Shown here in pieces: positions 7,230-9,353 of a stretch of DNA of 9,353 nt. The translations under genes and the position numbers were made by a program. Position 1 is the stretch's first letter, and every line of letters starts with the position of its first letter. Origin of the DNA: Candidatus Nanopusillus sp. (GTDB taxonomy: Archaea > Nanobdellota > Nanobdellia > Nanobdellales > Nanobdellaceae); NCBI GenBank assembly GCA_036845085.1, contig DAIUEN010000022.1, forward strand, positions 1 to 9,353, given 5' to 3'. Below the pieces are notes generated by a model that ran no database searches, had not been told where the DNA came from, and saw nothing but the letters and a program-made list of their open reading frames with translations.

Positions 7230-7234
7230 TTTTT
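7214..7234. terminator. Candidate bidirectional oligo-T terminator at the rpl10e/vWA convergent junction
   Basis: The sequence is AAAAAAcattatctaaTTTTT. T5 follows the rpl10e stop on the plus strand. A6 reads as T6 on the minus strand and follows the vWA stop. Confidence 0.3.
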
Positions 7235-8199
7235 GACAAATAATAATCTAAAAGAACTATTTTTCCAATATCTTCATAATTTTTTACTAAAAAAAGATTA
7301 CCTTTACCATACTTTACAATCTCTCTAGCTATTTTTTCCCCTTCTTCATTTAATCTTATCCCAACAACAGATATATATGCTCTGTCAGAAATTCTTTTTA
7401 CAGTTTCTATAGTCTTTTCTACTGGTTTTTCTCCAAAGGTAGGCAATGCATCTGTAATTATTAATATATGAGACTTTTCTTCAATGTATTTAGATGCTTC
7501 TTCTATTGCTATAGAAATATCTGTACTTCCATATGGATATATTAACAAAATATCTTTAAATACATCAAGTATGCCTCTTATATTATCATAAACCTTCACT
7601 ACTTTATTATTATATAATATTATTGACAACATATTACCATCTTCTATTATTTTTTCCCCTACTACTATTAATGCTTTTTTTGCTTCATATATTTTTTCTT
7701 TTATCATACTCCCAGAGATGTCTAATAATATAATATATTTCCCTCCTTTCGCTTCTCTATTTTTATCAACATAAAACTCTATTCTTCCTTTTCTTATACT
7801 ATTTAGTATACTTTTCTTTACACTTATCTCTGAATATTTATCCCCTATACTAAATTTCTTAGAATAAAATTCTTCATCTTTACCAAGCCGATAAGATAAA
7901 AATTTTCCATATTCATGAATTCCTATAATTTCTTTCTCATAATTTCCTATTATTTTCTTTGCATAAAGTTTTATACTTTTTTCGGTAAATTCCCCATTTT
8001 CATTTATATATTTTTCATCAATAAGAATCTTTTTTATTTTTTCTAGAGCCTTTTTTAGTTCTCTATTGAATCTATCAGACTTATCTTCCTTTATTCTCTG
8101 TTCATCAAAATCTGTAAACTTTGATATAAAATTGGAGTATTTATCTCTTTCATTTAACATTTTTTCTACATCAAAATATGGACATCCTTCTTTGATCAT
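7222..8199 (-). CDS. von Willebrand factor A (vWA) domain protein, CoxE-like, predicted partner of the upstream AAA+ ATPase
   Basis: A complete MIDAS set is present: YIILLDISGSM (DxSxS), YGSTDIS (T) and ILIITDA (D). A ~150-aa helical N-terminal region ends in SIRKGRIEFYVDKNRE..GGKY, resembling the CoxE-type lead-in. The frame is open for a further 39 codons upstream of the ATG (see findings). Confidence 0.85.
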   Translation of the reverse strand: MIKEGCPYFDVEKMLNERDKYSNFISKFTDFDEQRIKEDKSDRFNRELKKALEKIKKILIDEKYINENGEFTEKSIKLYAKKIIGNYEKEIIGIHEYGKFLSYRLGKDEEFYSKKFSIGDKYSEISVKKSILNSIRKGRIEFYVDKNREAKGGKYIILLDISGSMIKEKIYEAKKALIVVGEKIIEDGNMLSIILYNNKVVKVYDNIRGILDVFKDILLIYPYGSTDISIAIEEASKYIEEKSHILIITDALPTFGEKPVEKTIETVKRISDRAYISVVGIRLNEEGEKIAREIVKYGKGNLFLVKNYEDIGKIVLLDYYLSKIR

Positions 8200-8287
8200 T
8201 TTATCTATAAATTCATATAAATCTTTTTCTTTTATCTTATTCTCCGGTATTTTATCTTTAAATATTTCTCCCTCTCTTTCTAATTTA

Positions 8288-9343
8288 TTATTTACTCCAA
8301 CTCCGAAACCCGCTTTTTAATAGGTAATTATTCCAAGTATTCTTAACAAAGTCCTCCTCACTAATTTCAACTCTATAAGATGGTTTTAAACGTATTCTAT
8401 GTATTAAAACTGATAAAACTGCTTCATATATATGTTGAATCTCTACACTACTTTTATTATCAATAACAGCTAATGACTGAGCTTTTTCATATATTCCAAT
8501 ACTTGCTCTAACAGATGGCTTTTTTTCTAACCTCTCATCAGCTCTCAACTCGAAAATAAATCCTAAAAATAAATCCAATAAATTTTCCGGAAAATCAATC
8601 ATATGTTTTCCATACTTAATAATTATTTTTTTCTCCTCATCTATACTTTTAGGATAATCTAATACTATTATATCAAACCTATCTAGTAATACATCAGAAA
8701 GCTTCTCGGTAGCATAATATGATTCTGGATTCATTGTAGCTATAAATATTATATCTAAAGGTATTTCAAATTCGTATGGTCCTATTGTAATCCTATTCTC
8801 TTCTAATAACTGTAACAAAGCATTCTGAACCTTTGGTGGAGCCCTATTTATTTCATCAAAAAACAAAACCCCATGATGAGCTCTAAATATTTTTCCAGGA
8901 ACAAAAGATTCTATAGAATGTATACCATACTTCATTGCCTTAGAAGGATCTATGTCTCCTATTAAATCTTCTATTGTCAAATCATAAGAACCTTGTATCC
9001 TTATAAATCTTTCAGATCCTTTTAGTTCAATAAATTCACCGTTTTCCCATTTTTTTCTATATTCTTCAGGAGTAAATGGAAATTCAGGATAAGCCCAAAA
9101 AGGAATACCTTTAGGAAATTTTATGGGAGGTAACAATGATGCTATATTTTTTGCTAAAGTTGTTTTTCCAACACCTGGAGGTCCTATAATAAGAATATTT
9201 CTACCTGCTATTAAAGAAGATAGAAGTTGTCTTTTTGCAAATTCTTGTCCTATTATATATTCTAAAGGATCCTTATTTTCTTTTATATATTTGTTAATTA
9301 TTATATCTCTTAGAATTTCCTTTATTTTAAGCTGACCAGACAT
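8288..9343 (-). CDS. MoxR/CoxD-like AAA+ ATPase
   Basis: Motifs present are IIGQE, Walker A GPPGVGKT (9161-9184), RIQGSYDLTIEDLIG, Walker B with the following helix GVLFFDEINRAPPKVQNALLQLLEE, sensor-1 FIATMNPE, and LLDRFD. It sits directly upstream of, and on the same strand as, the vWA gene. Confidence 0.9.
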   Translation of the reverse strand: MSGQLKIKEILRDIIINKYIKENKDPLEYIIGQEFAKRQLLSSLIAGRNILIIGPPGVGKTTLAKNIASLLPPIKFPKGIPFWAYPEFPFTPEEYRKKWENGEFIELKGSERFIRIQGSYDLTIEDLIGDIDPSKAMKYGIHSIESFVPGKIFRAHHGVLFFDEINRAPPKVQNALLQLLEENRITIGPYEFEIPLDIIFIATMNPESYYATEKLSDVLLDRFDIIVLDYPKSIDEEKKIIIKYGKHMIDFPENLLDLFLGFIFELRADERLEKKPSVRASIGIYEKAQSLAVIDNKSSVEIQHIYEAVLSVLIHRIRLKPSYRVEISEEDFVKNTWNNYLLKSGFRSWSK

Positions 9344-9353
9344 TATATAACTA

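Noticed and set aside
8066-8320. 84-aa plus-strand ORF spanning the AAA+/vWA spacer
   Set aside because: It is antisense to the vWA N-terminus and the AAA+ C-terminus. It is Ser/Leu/Phe-rich shadow sequence with no start context.
9123-9335. 70-aa plus-strand ORF
   Set aside because: It is antisense to the Walker A region of the AAA+ gene and is a shadow ORF.
1-9353. CRISPR arrays, tRNA/rRNA genes, IS elements, integrases and inteins
   Set aside because: I saw no regularly spaced direct repeats. There are no GC-rich structured segments of tRNA size in this AT-rich background, and no transposase- or integrase-like ORFs. Every intergenic gap is 100 bp or shorter.

Overview
This window is AT-rich, tightly packed archaeal chromosome with 13 supportable protein genes and no rRNA, tRNA, CRISPR array or mobile element that I can see. 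The archaeal assignment rests on FEN-1 with a C-terminal PIP box, ribosomal proteins eL37, uS5, uL30 and L10e/uL16, and TATA-like boxes about 25 nt upstream of start codons. Three things suggest a small-genome, probably thermophilic archaeon of the DPANN/Nanoarchaeota type, but this lineage call is inference only: Lys/Glu/Ile/Tyr-rich proteins, overlapping 3' ends at all three convergent gene pairs, and a scrambled ribosomal-protein operon. Gene order: a 5'-truncated Cys-rich, sequon-rich surface repeat protein (1-1067, +); YjbQ/UPF0047 (+); AlaX trans-editing protein (+); two orphan Cys-rich proteins (-); FEN-1 (+); a GT2 dolichol-phosphate-mannose-synthase-like enzyme with a 4-TM tail (-); eL37-uS5-uL30-L10e (+); and a MoxR/CoxD-like AAA+ ATPase with a CoxE-like vWA protein (-). 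The best candidates for something new are: (1) the orphan AAA+/vWA pair, where the vWA frame stays open 39 codons upstream of its ATG and back into the end of the AAA+ gene, so one +1 shift would give a ChlD-like fusion; (2) the two uncharacterised Cys-rich proteins at 2272-3021; (3) an AlaX with Asp in place of the conserved Cys of the CxxxH zinc motif; and (4) the repeat surface protein. All functional calls come from motif recognition by eye. No database search was run.
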